Of a DNA stretch of 64,000 nucleotides, positions 10,016-19,626 are shown piece by piece (within the stretch, counting starts at the first letter, position 1; each line of letters starts with the position of its first letter). The stretch is from positions 298,617 to 362,616 of the forward strand of contig JBBARP010000001.1 in the NCBI GenBank assembly GCA_040399745.1, in the 5' to 3' direction. The DNA comes from Bdellovibrionia bacterium. Its GTDB lineage: Bacteria > Bdellovibrionota > UBA1018. Both the position numbers and the translations under genes were made by a program. The notes beneath the pieces were generated by a model. It searched no databases. It saw only the letters and a list, made by a program, of their open reading frames with translations, and was not told the DNA's origin.

Positions 10016-11835
10016 GTTCATCCGGAAAATCCCCCATCATTGGAATTGATCTGGGCACCACGCACAGCTTGGTTGCGGTCGTGCAAGACGGTGTGCCTGT
10101 GATTTTGAAGTCGCGCGAAGGAAAGACGCTTCTTCCTTCCGTTGTTCACTTCGAAAACGGCCAGGCCGTGATGGGCTATTTGGCCAAGCGCCGAAAGATC
10201 ACCGATGCTTCCAATACTGTTTTTTCGCCCAAGCGGCTTTTGGGCCGTGGTTTCGAAGACCTCAAAGAATTGGCTTCGCGACTTCCTTATCCGGTCGAAC
10301 CAGGTGAAGGCGTAGCAAAGATTCGAATCGGCGGCGTGACCACGACGGCGCTCGAAGTCTCTGCAATGATTTTGGCCGAGCTCAAGCGATCCGCCGAAGC
10401 CTCCTTGGGTTGCTCGGTTCAACAAGCAGTCATTACGGTCCCTGCTTACTTCAACGATGCTCAGCGCCAAGCCACTCGCACCGCCGGGCGTTTGGCAGGA
10501 CTCCAGGTGCTTCGAATCCTCAACGAGCCGACTGCTGCGGCCTTAGCCTACGGACTCGATCGCAAGCGCGAAGGGACGATCGCGGTCTACGACTTGGGCG
10601 GCGGCACGTTTGATGTGTCGATCCTGAAGCTAGAGGACGGAATTTTTGAAGTTTTGTCCACGAGCGGAAATACGGCTCTCGGTGGCGACGATTTGGACCG
10701 GGCCCTGGCCGAGCGATTCGCAAAAGAGATCCAAGACCAAACCGGCGTGAATGCTTTGGCGGGTCAGGGCGGCGATCTGCAGTTCTGGGCGCAGCTTTTA
10801 GAGCGCGCCGAAGAAGCGAAGATTGCGCTCTCATCGCAGGAGCTCGCAGGAGTCACGATTGAGGTTCCAGGTCACGGTGAACCTTGGCGGCGAAAGGTCA
10901 GTCGTCAGGAGTTCAATGATTTGGCGCGGCCACTGCTAGCGCCGACTGCAGAAGCGTGTCTTCAAGCGCTTCAAGATGCTGGCCTCAGTCCCGACGAACT
11001 CACAGACGTGGTGCTAGTAGGCGGGCCGACCCGGCTCGCGGTCGTTCGTGAGACGGCGCGCTCCATCTTCGGGCGAGAGCCCAACGCTTCGGTCCATCCG
11101 GACGAGGTGGTGGCTCTCGGTGCGGCCATTCAAGCTGATATTCTGGCAGGCAATAACCAGGATCTTCTGCTCTTGGATGTGGTGCCTTTGACCTTGGGGA
11201 TTGAGACTTATGGCGGCTTGATGTCGCCCCTCATTGCCCGCAATACTCGCGTTCCCACCGTAGCGCAGGAAACGTTCACCACTTATGTGGACAATCAAAC
11301 TGCCGTCGATATCCATGTGCTCCAAGGCGAGCGACAGAAAGTGGAAGAGAACCGCAGTCTCGCCCGCTTTAAGCTTCGGGGCATTACTCCGCTGCCGGCC
11401 GGCTTGCCTCGGGTTCAGGTGCAATTTCTGATCGATGCCGATGGCATTCTTCAGGTTTCAGCGCGCGATCTTCGCGACGGAACCGAGCAAAGCATCGAGG
11501 TTCGCCCCAGCTTCGGCCTCAGCGACGCTGAAGTCGAACGCTTGCTGAGCGACGGGCTAGCGAACTCAAAAGAAGATGAAAACTTCCGGGCCCTGGTAGA
11601 AGCGCGAGCCGATGCTGAGCCGATTCTGCGAGCCTGTGAACGTTCGCTCGACTCTGCCCGGCGCTTATTGAGCGATTCGGATCTCCAAAGTCTGGAGACG
11701 CGCATCGCAGCCTTGCGTGCTGCCATGAATGGCACGACGGCAGATCCGATCCGCCAAGAGGTTTTTTTGTTGGATCAGGCCAGTCGTAAATTGGCTGACC
11801 TTCTCGTTCGCGACGCGGTCAGTACGGATCGTTGA
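10012..11835 (+). CDS. hscA: Fe-S assembly Hsp70 chaperone
   Basis: [49 protein letters not shown]; isc operon context. Confidence 0.95.
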   Translation: MSSSGKSPIIGIDLGTTHSLVAVVQDGVPVILKSREGKTLLPSVVHFENGQAVMGYLAKRRKITDASNTVFSPKRLLGRGFEDLKELASRLPYPVEPGEGVAKIRIGGVTTTALEVSAMILAELKRSAEASLGCSVQQAVITVPAYFNDAQRQATRTAGRLAGLQVLRILNEPTAAALAYGLDRKREGTIAVYDLGGGTFDVSILKLEDGIFEVLSTSGNTALGGDDLDRALAERFAKEIQDQTGVNALAGQGGDLQFWAQLLERAEEAKIALSSQELAGVTIEVPGHGEPWRRKVSRQEFNDLARPLLAPTAEACLQALQDAGLSPDELTDVVLVGGPTRLAVVRETARSIFGREPNASVHPDEVVALGAAIQADILAGNNQDLLLLDVVPLTLGIETYGGLMSPLIARNTRVPTVAQETFTTYVDNQTAVDIHVLQGERQKVEENRSLARFKLRGITPLPAGLPRVQVQFLIDADGILQVSARDLRDGTEQSIEVRPSFGLSDAEVERLLSDGLANSKEDENFRALVEARADAEPILRACERSLDSARRLLSDSDLQSLETRIAALRAAMNGTTADPIRQEVFLLDQASRKLADLLVRDAVSTDR

Positions 11836-11867
11836 GCTAGCTTTATTTCGCCCCACTCGGAGTCCTT

Positions 11868-12164
11868 ATGCCCCAGGTCACTTTTCTTCCCATGAATCAG
11901 GTTTGCGAAGCTCAGCCAGGCGAAAGCATTCTGGATGTCGCCATCCGAAACGACGTTCCTTTGCAGCACGCTTGCGGTGGCTTCTGTGCCTGCACGACCT
12001 GCCATGTGATCGTGCGCGCGGGTGCGGATCATTTGGCTCCGATCGAAGAGGCCGAGGAAGATCGCTTAGATGCTGCTGAGGGAGTGGGACCCCAGTCGCG
12101 TCTGGGTTGCCAAGCCCAAGTCCGGGGCGATGTGACCGTTGAGATCGTGAACATCGACGGTTGA
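11868..12164 (+). CDS. fdx: 2Fe-2S ferredoxin, ISC type
   Basis: HACGGFCACTTCHV...SRLGCQ; SD GGAG upstream. Confidence 0.95.
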   Translation: MPQVTFLPMNQVCEAQPGESILDVAIRNDVPLQHACGGFCACTTCHVIVRAGADHLAPIEEAEEDRLDAAEGVGPQSRLGCQAQVRGDVTVEIVNIDG

Positions 12165-12219
12165 TTCCGATTACTCGATTCCGGCGTCAGCCTGCTGACG
12201 CTGTGATGCTCTGCGCCCG

Positions 12220-12248
12220 TTGACCCTCCCGCCTCCCGCGAGCATTCT
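12220..12248 (+). promoter_or_regulatory. Putative sigma70 promoter
   Basis: TTGACC-17 nt-CATTCT, 6 nt before ATG 12255. Confidence 0.45.
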
Positions 12249-12254
12249 TAAGGA

Positions 12255-12677
12255 ATGCATCTTTCTCGTCGAATCTTGCTGAGTTGGGCTTCATGGGTCG
12301 CACTGATGGGAGTCATTGTTCCTGGCCAGTCCGCATTCTCGGCAGACTCACCCGAAGTTCACATTCATTCACTGGACCCGTCTGTTGATCTCAGTGAACT
12401 TGCTGGTCCCGGAATTCGTCTGCATCCGGCGCCTCAGGCGTCTCCGCGTCGCGGGAAGCCGCAAAGTAAATCTGAACTTCCTGGGTTAGCCGAGCGCGAC
12501 GCCGTGCTGTCGCAGAGTGGCCTCGCCACAGCGCTGAAAGGTTGGGACGAGCTCGCCCGCGATCAGCTCTTTCTTCGTGCGCGCGAACTTGATTTAGGCC
12601 GACTCAAAGGGATTTATCCCGAGCTTCCCGTAGTTGCGCTCGAGAAATTATGGACCGCCCTGAGAGGAAAGCAGTGA
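12255..12677 (+). CDS. Hypothetical exported protein
   Basis: Signal-peptide-like N-terminus (SRRILL...QSAFSA); stop overlaps the next start (TGATG). Confidence 0.7.
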   Translation: MHLSRRILLSWASWVALMGVIVPGQSAFSADSPEVHIHSLDPSVDLSELAGPGIRLHPAPQASPRRGKPQSKSELPGLAERDAVLSQSGLATALKGWDELARDQLFLRARELDLGRLKGIYPELPVVALEKLWTALRGKQ

Positions 12678-14005
12678 TGCGCTCGGCATGGAAGCTGGTC
12701 ATCGCGGCATCGATTCTTTTTGCACCTGCTGCCTATGCGCAGGAAAAAAGCGCCATTCTCTTTCTTAACTTCAATGACGCCAAGAACGAGATCAAGCAGG
12801 TGCGTGCAGCTGCCGAGGCTCGAGGAGAAGACGTGGTCGTGATTCCCGAGGAGGGGAGCGATCCGAAGAAGAGCGCTTACCTGAACACGAAGTTTTTGAC
12901 CCGGGAGTTAAAGAAGCTCCAGAACTCGGGTGTGAATGTTTCTTCCGTCATCTTTTCCGGGCACTCTGCTGGACCTCAGGGGTTCTTTGGTACCCAGGGA
13001 GAAATGACCCGCGAGGAACTTGATGTGGCGTTTCAGTTCGCACCAAAGATCCAAAACAGTGTCCGCGCTGTTCACCTGTTTGGCTGTTACGCCGCTGCGA
13101 AGAGCGGAGTGAAGCTTTGGGGTGCGCTGTTTCCCAAGGCCAAGTTGATCTCTGGATTTCATGGCTCGGCACCAGGAAGTCGCTCGGGCGAAGGTTATTA
13201 TTCCTTCATTCAGGATCTTCTGAAAAAAGAGGGAGAGTTCCTAAAAAAACTCGATACTGCAGAGCTAAACCAGAAGTTTCGCGAGCTCAATTTCGCGCTC
13301 AAAATGAATACGGCTCTTTGTTCGGGGGGACGTTATTACGTCGACTCCAAAGGCGTCGTCGATCTTCGAAAGCACGCGGTCAATTGCCCGGAGGCCGATA
13401 TCCAGAAGCTGAAGGAGGGCCGGCTTTCCGTTTTTCTGAAGTACCACCTTTGTTCAGATACGCCTGATGTTCCGAAGAGCACTCAAGTCTCGGACCTTCG
13501 GACCTATTACTCATTGGGAAGAAAGTACGAGCACTGTGTCGAGGAATTTCGAGACTGGCAGATTCCATCTCCGGACCGGGTTCTTCGGCTGATTTTTTTC
13601 AGAAACGTTTTGGCTAACTTTCAGCAGTTTTATTCCGACGATTTGGGTCTCGTCCCAGATTCGATCCAGTCGCTTCAAAAGGCTTTTCCAAAACTCGATC
13701 GATTCGTAATGCCAGAAGACCTCACTCGGCTGAATCGCAAGCAGGTCCGTGATGTCAGCGATCGGCTGCAACTCTTTTTGATCGACGCAGTCGAGAAGGT
13801 GAGCGAGTTGAAATCAGGGTCGAAGAAAAAGGCTTTGATGAAGGACATCCAGAAACTCGGCAAGATGCGTTTCCTCTTTCAGAACCTCCTCGTGAACACC
13901 TCGCCAGCTTGTGTACCCTTGAACTGGATCGAGCCGGAGTCGGCTCGCGGGGAGCTCTCCAAGCCGTCCCAGGGCTCAGGGTGTGATTCGGGTGAGGTCG
14001 TATGA
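12677..14005 (+). CDS. Secreted hypothetical protein with caspase/CHAT-like His-Cys motifs
   Basis: Signal peptide MRSAWKLVIAASILFAPAAYA; VIFSGHS and VHLFGCY motifs. Confidence 0.75.
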   Translation: MRSAWKLVIAASILFAPAAYAQEKSAILFLNFNDAKNEIKQVRAAAEARGEDVVVIPEEGSDPKKSAYLNTKFLTRELKKLQNSGVNVSSVIFSGHSAGPQGFFGTQGEMTREELDVAFQFAPKIQNSVRAVHLFGCYAAAKSGVKLWGALFPKAKLISGFHGSAPGSRSGEGYYSFIQDLLKKEGEFLKKLDTAELNQKFRELNFALKMNTALCSGGRYYVDSKGVVDLRKHAVNCPEADIQKLKEGRLSVFLKYHLCSDTPDVPKSTQVSDLRTYYSLGRKYEHCVEEFRDWQIPSPDRVLRLIFFRNVLANFQQFYSDDLGLVPDSIQSLQKAFPKLDRFVMPEDLTRLNRKQVRDVSDRLQLFLIDAVEKVSELKSGSKKKALMKDIQKLGKMRFLFQNLLVNTSPACVPLNWIEPESARGELSKPSQGSGCDSGEVV

Positions 14006-15591
14006 GCGGTTGTTTCGATCGAAGAGGCTCTCGGTCCTTTTTGGTTATGATCGTTTTGGCCTTGGGCGTTCTCTCGGAAAATTCCCGGGCTGAGTCGACT
14101 TCCGCGGAGTCGTTTGTCTATCGCCTGACCGGCGAGCCCGAGACCTTGGATTGGAACAAGGCCAGCGGCAACGTGGAAACCAACCTGATCACGAATCTGA
14201 TGGAGGGGTTGGTTGGATTTGATTCCAAGATGAGGATCATTCCGAAGCTCGCTCGTTCGTGGGAAATCAGCCCTGACGGCAAGGTTTACACGTTTCACCT
14301 GCGTCCGGGGGTTCAGTGGAGTGATGGAGTTCCCCTTCGTGCCCAAGATTTTGTGTTTAGCTGGCAAAGGCTGCTGAGTCCTTTGACGGGTGCGCCCTAT
14401 GCTTACCTGCTTCAAGACATTCAAGGTGCGGAGGCCTTCCGGCAGGGAAAAAATCCTGACTTTGCATCCGTCGGAGTGCGAGCTCTGAATGACAGTACTC
14501 TTCAAGTGCAGCTTGAGCGACCGGTGGCGCATTGGCTCAACATCCCGACTTTCTGGGTCACGTTTCCGATGCGTCAGGACGTGGTCGAGAAGGCGGGCAA
14601 TAGCTGGGCGCGGCCGGGTCAAATCGTCACGCTCGGACCTTACAGTTGGATCTCGCACGACATTCAGTCCAAACTCGTTTTTCGTGCGAACCCTCGCTAC
14701 TGGGGCCAGAGAGGAAACGTCCAGGAAGTGGTCGCGCGAATCATTCGCGACGACGCTGAAGCTCTGCGACTCTATGAGGCGGGAAAGCTCGATTTCTTGG
14801 CGGGGCTGACTTCAGTCGATTCGGAGCGCCTTCGCAAGCGGCGGGATTTTCGATCCTTCCCCGCTTTGAAGACAGGTTACTTGGGCTTTACCGTCATAAA
14901 ATACCCAGTGAGCGACGTTCATTTTCGTCGGGGCCTGGCGCAGGCCATCGATCGTAGCGGCATTCGCAAGATTCTGGCAGCAGGACACCTTCCGGCCCAC
15001 TCCTTCATTCCTCCGGGGGTCTCAGGCTTTGACCCGAGGGTTGCCCTGCCGTTTGATCTGGTAGCAGCTCGAAAAGAGATCCGCCTCGCAGGTCTCGATC
15101 CCGCTGCGCCGCTTCAGCTGGAGCTTCTGGTCTTGGGTTGGGAACAGCAGCTTCTGGTTGGGCAATTCGTGCAAAATGAATGGAAGCGCAATCTGGGGCT
15201 CGATGTTTCGCTCAAGGTTTTGGACCGAAAAGACTTCCGAGCCCAAATGGAGATGGGGAATCAGTCCCTCTTTATGGGGATGTGGGCTGCCGATTATCCG
15301 GATCCAGAAAACTTTTTCTCCGTCTTTCTGAAGGATTCCGGAAACAACCGAGCACGTTGGAGTCAGGCGCGTTACGATCAGATCGTTCGTGCGGCGCGGA
15401 GCTCGAAAAGTCCGGCCTTCCGAAAACGAGTTTATCAAAAGGCACATGAGTTGCTTCTGCGAGACGAAGTGGTGTTGGTGCCGCTTTATCATGAGGCCAA
15501 TCTCGGACTGGTGAAGAGTCGAGTTCGAGGCCTGCGGGTCAGTCCACTGAGTGTCTTAGAAATTCGGGAGATTCAACTTGTCGGACCTTGA
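14002..15591 (+). CDS. oppA: Oligopeptide ABC transporter substrate-binding protein (SBP family 5)
   Basis: EPETLDW, LARSWEISPDGKVYTFHLR, WSDGVPL, WAADYPDPENF. Confidence 0.9.
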   Translation: MSGCFDRRGSRSFLVMIVLALGVLSENSRAESTSAESFVYRLTGEPETLDWNKASGNVETNLITNLMEGLVGFDSKMRIIPKLARSWEISPDGKVYTFHLRPGVQWSDGVPLRAQDFVFSWQRLLSPLTGAPYAYLLQDIQGAEAFRQGKNPDFASVGVRALNDSTLQVQLERPVAHWLNIPTFWVTFPMRQDVVEKAGNSWARPGQIVTLGPYSWISHDIQSKLVFRANPRYWGQRGNVQEVVARIIRDDAEALRLYEAGKLDFLAGLTSVDSERLRKRRDFRSFPALKTGYLGFTVIKYPVSDVHFRRGLAQAIDRSGIRKILAAGHLPAHSFIPPGVSGFDPRVALPFDLVAARKEIRLAGLDPAAPLQLELLVLGWEQQLLVGQFVQNEWKRNLGLDVSLKVLDRKDFRAQMEMGNQSLFMGMWAADYPDPENFFSVFLKDSGNNRARWSQARYDQIVRAARSSKSPAFRKRVYQKAHELLLRDEVVLVPLYHEANLGLVKSRVRGLRVSPLSVLEIREIQLVGP

Positions 15592-16042
15592 TGCTTCGTT
15601 ATCCCGCTTCAGCCGCCAAATTGGCCAAGAGTCCTCTCTCCATCGCGCCCGGCTCGATCGGGCAGCGATCGAGGCGTTTGGAAAATCGATCTCGTGGGAG
15701 ATTCCAGATGAAGTTCCGCCCAGCTTTCTCACGCGTTTTCGCCAAGGAGAGTTTGAGCTTCTGTCGCGTCTGGGTGTCGAGCTCCGCCAGGTTTTACATG
15801 CCGAGCAAGAATACCGATGGCTTGTTCCACTGATGGCCGATTCTCAGCTCGACTACCGTGCCCGCTTGGCCGACGTGCTGAGTAAGGGCGGAAAAGGTGG
15901 GCGGCTGACCTTCCTGAAGTTTGATTCCGAGTACCTGGACCCGGTTACAACTCGCGCTCTGGCGCAGAGTCGAACGGTGATGGTGATTCGGGAATCGGCG
16001 GATGGGTCGCCGCATTCCCAAAGTCAGGGAGAACCTCAATGA
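15578..16042 (+). CDS. MaoC-N/HadA-like non-catalytic hotdog-fold subunit
   Basis: VPPSF...VLHAEQEYRW pattern; overlaps the downstream MaoC gene. Confidence 0.7.
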   Translation: MSDLDASLSRFSRQIGQESSLHRARLDRAAIEAFGKSISWEIPDEVPPSFLTRFRQGEFELLSRLGVELRQVLHAEQEYRWLVPLMADSQLDYRARLADVLSKGGKGGRLTFLKFDSEYLDPVTTRALAQSRTVMVIRESADGSPHSQSQGEPQ

Positions 16043-16452
16043 GTCCGACTCAGGTAGATCAGGCCCAAGCCGGATTTCCGGATCGCGTTTTGCCACCGGT
16101 AGAAGCAGCGACTCTGCGTGCTTATGCCGAAGCTTCAGGGGATCCGAACCCCATTCATTTGGATGAAGCTGTTGCCAAAGAAATGGGCCTTCCTGGGATC
16201 ATCGCTCACGGGATGTGGGTAGCGTCTGTCTTAACGAGTCATGTGCAGCGCTCTTTTGGCGCAGGCATTCAACTGTCCCGGATGAACTACCGTTTCAAAG
16301 GGATGGTGGTCTTGGGCGAAGCTTTGACCCTGACCCTTCGCTGGCGGCCGGATCGGGATTCGTCCGAGGGGCGCGCATTCGAAGCTCAAGCGAAAAAGCC
16401 TGACGGAAGCGTCGCCTGTATCGCTCAAGGCGAGCTTTACCGAGCGCTTTGA
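16039..16452 (+). CDS. MaoC-family (R)-specific dehydratase/hydratase
   Basis: Hydratase-2 motif YAEASGDPNPIH...IIAHGM. Confidence 0.9.
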   Translation: MSPTQVDQAQAGFPDRVLPPVEAATLRAYAEASGDPNPIHLDEAVAKEMGLPGIIAHGMWVASVLTSHVQRSFGAGIQLSRMNYRFKGMVVLGEALTLTLRWRPDRDSSEGRAFEAQAKKPDGSVACIAQGELYRAL

Positions 16453-16466
16453 CGCCAGTGCGGCCC

Positions 16467-17321
16467 TTAAACGGGAAACTCGACCCAGCCTGAGGCCACA
16501 GGAAACCCTGCAGGGGGCTTTCTGCATCGCCCCGTCGACGCAAGCAGCGCGGTAAACGCGCATAAAAAAGCATCGAAAGCGGCGAGACTCGTCGAGAGTT
16601 TTCTTAAATCGCGATCGTAAATAAAGACTTCGTGTTCCTCGGTCAAAGCCGCAAGGATTTGCATCCTGGCCTGCGAGCCAGTCTCGAGGTGTCGATAGGA
16701 AGAGATGGTTCTTTTGCTGAGCTGAAGCGATTCCGAAAGCACCGAAGTGGTGAGCTTGGGTGAGGTCTCGAGAAAGCGAAACCCTGGGAGGCAGCGCTGA
16801 AGGAAGTTCATTCGAGCAGTCAGCGGAGCCTTCGTTCCTCCGAGTGCTTCGTCCACATCAAAGCGGGCTGCCTCAGGAAGGTGAGCCACAATCTCGTGGC
16901 GGAGCCAGAGCTCGACCGGTCGCTGCGTGTAAGGAGTGATCTGCCGCAGACGAGCGGGCTTCTTCCCTGTGCCTCGACCGACTTTCCGCGCATAAGTCCG
17001 CATCCACCGAGTGGCCGGATGACTGCACTTTCCGGGCGCTCGGCACGTTCTCGAGCTGCAAGAAAGACAAGGCGGCAGGGTCAGCGGAACATTCACTCCG
17101 AGCCAAGTTTCCCCGCCCCGTGGGAGCGGAGCCCGAAGTTCATTGAGGAGCTCAATCAGTGCTTCATCAGGAGATTGCTCTTCGCTTCCTGCGAGACGAT
17201 CGTAGACGTCGAGAAGAAAGATTTTTCCTTCCCTGGGATAATACTCGATGGCCGCTAGCGCGGTTCGCTCGCTTTTCGCCCCGGAAAGCTCCAGGCCGAG
17301 AAAGCGGCGGGCATCACGCAC
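16467..17321 (-). CDS. DUF429-like predicted nuclease (RNase H-like fold)
   Basis: FLGLELSG, GVNVPLTLP, LETSP, FDAFLCAFTA and GWVEFP patterns. Confidence 0.7.
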   Translation of the reverse strand: MRDARRFLGLELSGAKSERTALAAIEYYPREGKIFLLDVYDRLAGSEEQSPDEALIELLNELRAPLPRGGETWLGVNVPLTLPPCLSCSSRTCRAPGKCSHPATRWMRTYARKVGRGTGKKPARLRQITPYTQRPVELWLRHEIVAHLPEAARFDVDEALGGTKAPLTARMNFLQRCLPGFRFLETSPKLTTSVLSESLQLSKRTISSYRHLETGSQARMQILAALTEEHEVFIYDRDLRKLSTSLAAFDAFLCAFTALLASTGRCRKPPAGFPVASGWVEFPV

Positions 17322-18435
17322 GGGCCACCTTGATCTCCAAGCCCCGAGCGACTGCGCGGAAAGGCAGCTGGCGAACGCCGGATGCAGTGATCTTTTTCGT
17401 GATCCGTGCTTTCAGCTCAGGGTCACCGGAGGGAACGAAGACAAAGAAGCATCCGCCGCCGCCTGCGCCGCAAACTTTCCCAGCAGGAGCGCCTTCCTTG
17501 CGAGCGATCTCAAAGGCTGCATCCATTTCCGGCGTCGAGATCCCTTGAGCCAGTCCCCGTCGGACTTCCCATTCTTGAGTGATGGCGCGACCTGCAGCTT
17601 CCCAGTCGCGGGCCACCAGAGCGGCTTCGAGAGCCACCGTGGCATCTGTGATTTTCTGGAACTGATTTCGCACGTCACCTTGTTTGTCGATGAACGCTTT
17701 GAACAGAGCCCAGTTGTTGATTCCCGAGTTGCGGCTTTGTCCCGAATAGAACAGGAGTAAGCGGTGCTCCAGTCCGGCCAAAATGCCGCCGGGCAACCAG
17801 GCTCGATCGTGTTTTCCGGGGTTCCAGCGAAGGGCTTGCAAGCCTCCGAACATGGCGCCGTAATAATCCTGTAGGCCGGCGGGCACTTGAATCACCGTGG
17901 TTTCGATATCGCGAACGATGTCGATGAAAGCTTCGCCTTCGGTGCGTGGATCGATGACGGCTTTGCCTTCAGCCGTGCTTCGTGACCAAGAGGCCAAGGC
18001 GCCGACCATAGCGACAGAGAGGGCCGACGAGCCACCTAGACCTGCGCCGGCAGGGCTTCGGGCTTTGGTGACCATTCGGAAAGAAACTCGAGGATCATGG
18101 AATCCCGAAGCGATGCGCTTCTGCGTGAATTCTCGTAGAAGCTTCCAGTGAAGGATCAAAGAGGGCGGGGGATTGAATTGACCCAGCGAATCCCAGGTCA
18201 TCCTTTCCTCGACACCTTGGTCTTCGCTCTTCAAAACCACTTCACCCGATTGGTCGGAAGTTTCCGAAGGGGCTTCGAACTCTTCGATGCGGGCTTCCGC
18301 GAAAAGATCGATCCCGAGGTTCAGGGTGAGCGGGCTTTTCAGGAAAAGGTACAGAGGCCAGATGTCCAGCGTCCCGCCGGCCAGATCGATGCGGGTCGGG
18401 GCACGCGATTCAATGCGTCTCATCTCAGTGGTCAT
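17314..18435 (-). CDS. GHMP-family sugar kinase (HddA/fucokinase-like)
   Basis: APTRIDLAGGTLD, PAGAGLGGSS, GLQDYY, GKVCGAGGGG. Confidence 0.88.
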   Translation of the reverse strand: MTTEMRRIESRAPTRIDLAGGTLDIWPLYLFLKSPLTLNLGIDLFAEARIEEFEAPSETSDQSGEVVLKSEDQGVEERMTWDSLGQFNPPPSLILHWKLLREFTQKRIASGFHDPRVSFRMVTKARSPAGAGLGGSSALSVAMVGALASWSRSTAEGKAVIDPRTEGEAFIDIVRDIETTVIQVPAGLQDYYGAMFGGLQALRWNPGKHDRAWLPGGILAGLEHRLLLFYSGQSRNSGINNWALFKAFIDKQGDVRNQFQKITDATVALEAALVARDWEAAGRAITQEWEVRRGLAQGISTPEMDAAFEIARKEGAPAGKVCGAGGGGCFFVFVPSGDPELKARITKKITASGVRQLPFRAVARGLEIKVARA

Positions 18436-18979
18436 GTTCGAAGGTCCCCACGTAAGGCAGGCCTCTCAGCTTGCCGGCGTAATCAATTCCGTAGCCCACC
18501 ACATACTCCGAACCCACTCGAAATCCGACGTAGTGGGGCTCGATCCCGTTTCGCTGGGCCTCGGGCTTGACCAGTAAACCCACCGTCTTAAACGAGGCAG
18601 GGCCGCGGGCCAGGAAGGACTTCGTCAGGTAGTCCAAGGTCAAACCTGAATCCACGATGTCCTCGACCAGGATGACGTGTTTACCGGCGATCGGCTCAGC
18701 CAGATCGAGAGTGATCTTCACTTCGCCTGAACTTTCCGTGCGGTTTCCGTAAGCCTGGAGGCCTAAAAACTCGCAGTGGATGGGCATGTGCAGGTGGCGA
18801 ATCAGATCCGAGAAAAACGGAAAGCTCCCCTTGAGAACGCAGATGACGGTGATTTCTTGGTCACCGAAGTCGCGAGTGATTTCGTGAGCGAGTTCTTTCA
18901 CCCGCTTTTCCAGCTTTTCCTGCGGGATTAAGACCCGGGGCTTTTTACCTTCGACCGATTTGGAGTCACGCGTGGGCAT
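18425..18979 (-). CDS. hpt: Hypoxanthine phosphoribosyltransferase
   Basis: [28 protein letters not shown]. Confidence 0.93.
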   Translation of the reverse strand: MPTRDSKSVEGKKPRVLIPQEKLEKRVKELAHEITRDFGDQEITVICVLKGSFPFFSDLIRHLHMPIHCEFLGLQAYGNRTESSGEVKITLDLAEPIAGKHVILVEDIVDSGLTLDYLTKSFLARGPASFKTVGLLVKPEAQRNGIEPHYVGFRVGSEYVVGYGIDYAGKLRGLPYVGTFEHDH

Positions 18980-19556
18980 GGATCGTTTCCTCCCGTTCCA
19001 TCAGGTTGGGTTCGTGGCAAAAGCGACAGCGCGCTTCGTACATTTCCTTCGCACCGACTTGGACGCGCGCTGCGGAATCGCCTTGCAGGCGCTGGCTTCG
19101 GGAAGCCGAAGCGCCGCAAACGACGCAGATGGCTTGGAGCTTGGTCACGCTCTCGGCCACTGCCAGAAGGCTGGGAATCGGACCAAAGGGGATGCCTCGG
19201 AAGTCCATGTCCAGGCCTGCGCAGATGACTCGCACTCCGCGATAGGCCAAAGTTTGTGCGACTTCGATCACGCCTTCATCGAAAAACTGCACTTCGTCGA
19301 TGCCGACGACCCGGGTATTGGGCTCTACGCGCTCCAGGATTTCTCGAGATCCACTGACCGGTTGGGCCAAGATCCGATTGGAGTTGTGACTCTGCACGTG
19401 GTCGGCGCTGTAACGGTTGTCGATAGCGGGTTTGAAGACCTGAATTTTTTGCTTACCGTATTGGGCCAATTTCAAACGGCGCATCAGCTCTTCGGTCTTG
19501 CCGCTAAACATGCTTCCGCACACGACTTCGATCGATCCTGGCATTCGTGGGAACAT
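18966..19556 (-). CDS. tdk: Thymidine kinase
   Basis: [31 protein letters not shown]...ARCRFCH. Confidence 0.97.
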   Translation of the reverse strand: MFPRMPGSIEVVCGSMFSGKTEELMRRLKLAQYGKQKIQVFKPAIDNRYSADHVQSHNSNRILAQPVSGSREILERVEPNTRVVGIDEVQFFDEGVIEVAQTLAYRGVRVICAGLDMDFRGIPFGPIPSLLAVAESVTKLQAICVVCGASASRSQRLQGDSAARVQVGAKEMYEARCRFCHEPNLMEREETIHAHA

Positions 19557-19626
19557 GTGTTGGACTTATCAGAGCGTTCGAATTTTGGGTATGGTTCTGA
19601 GGGGTTGGGCTGCGCTGCGTCGAGCT

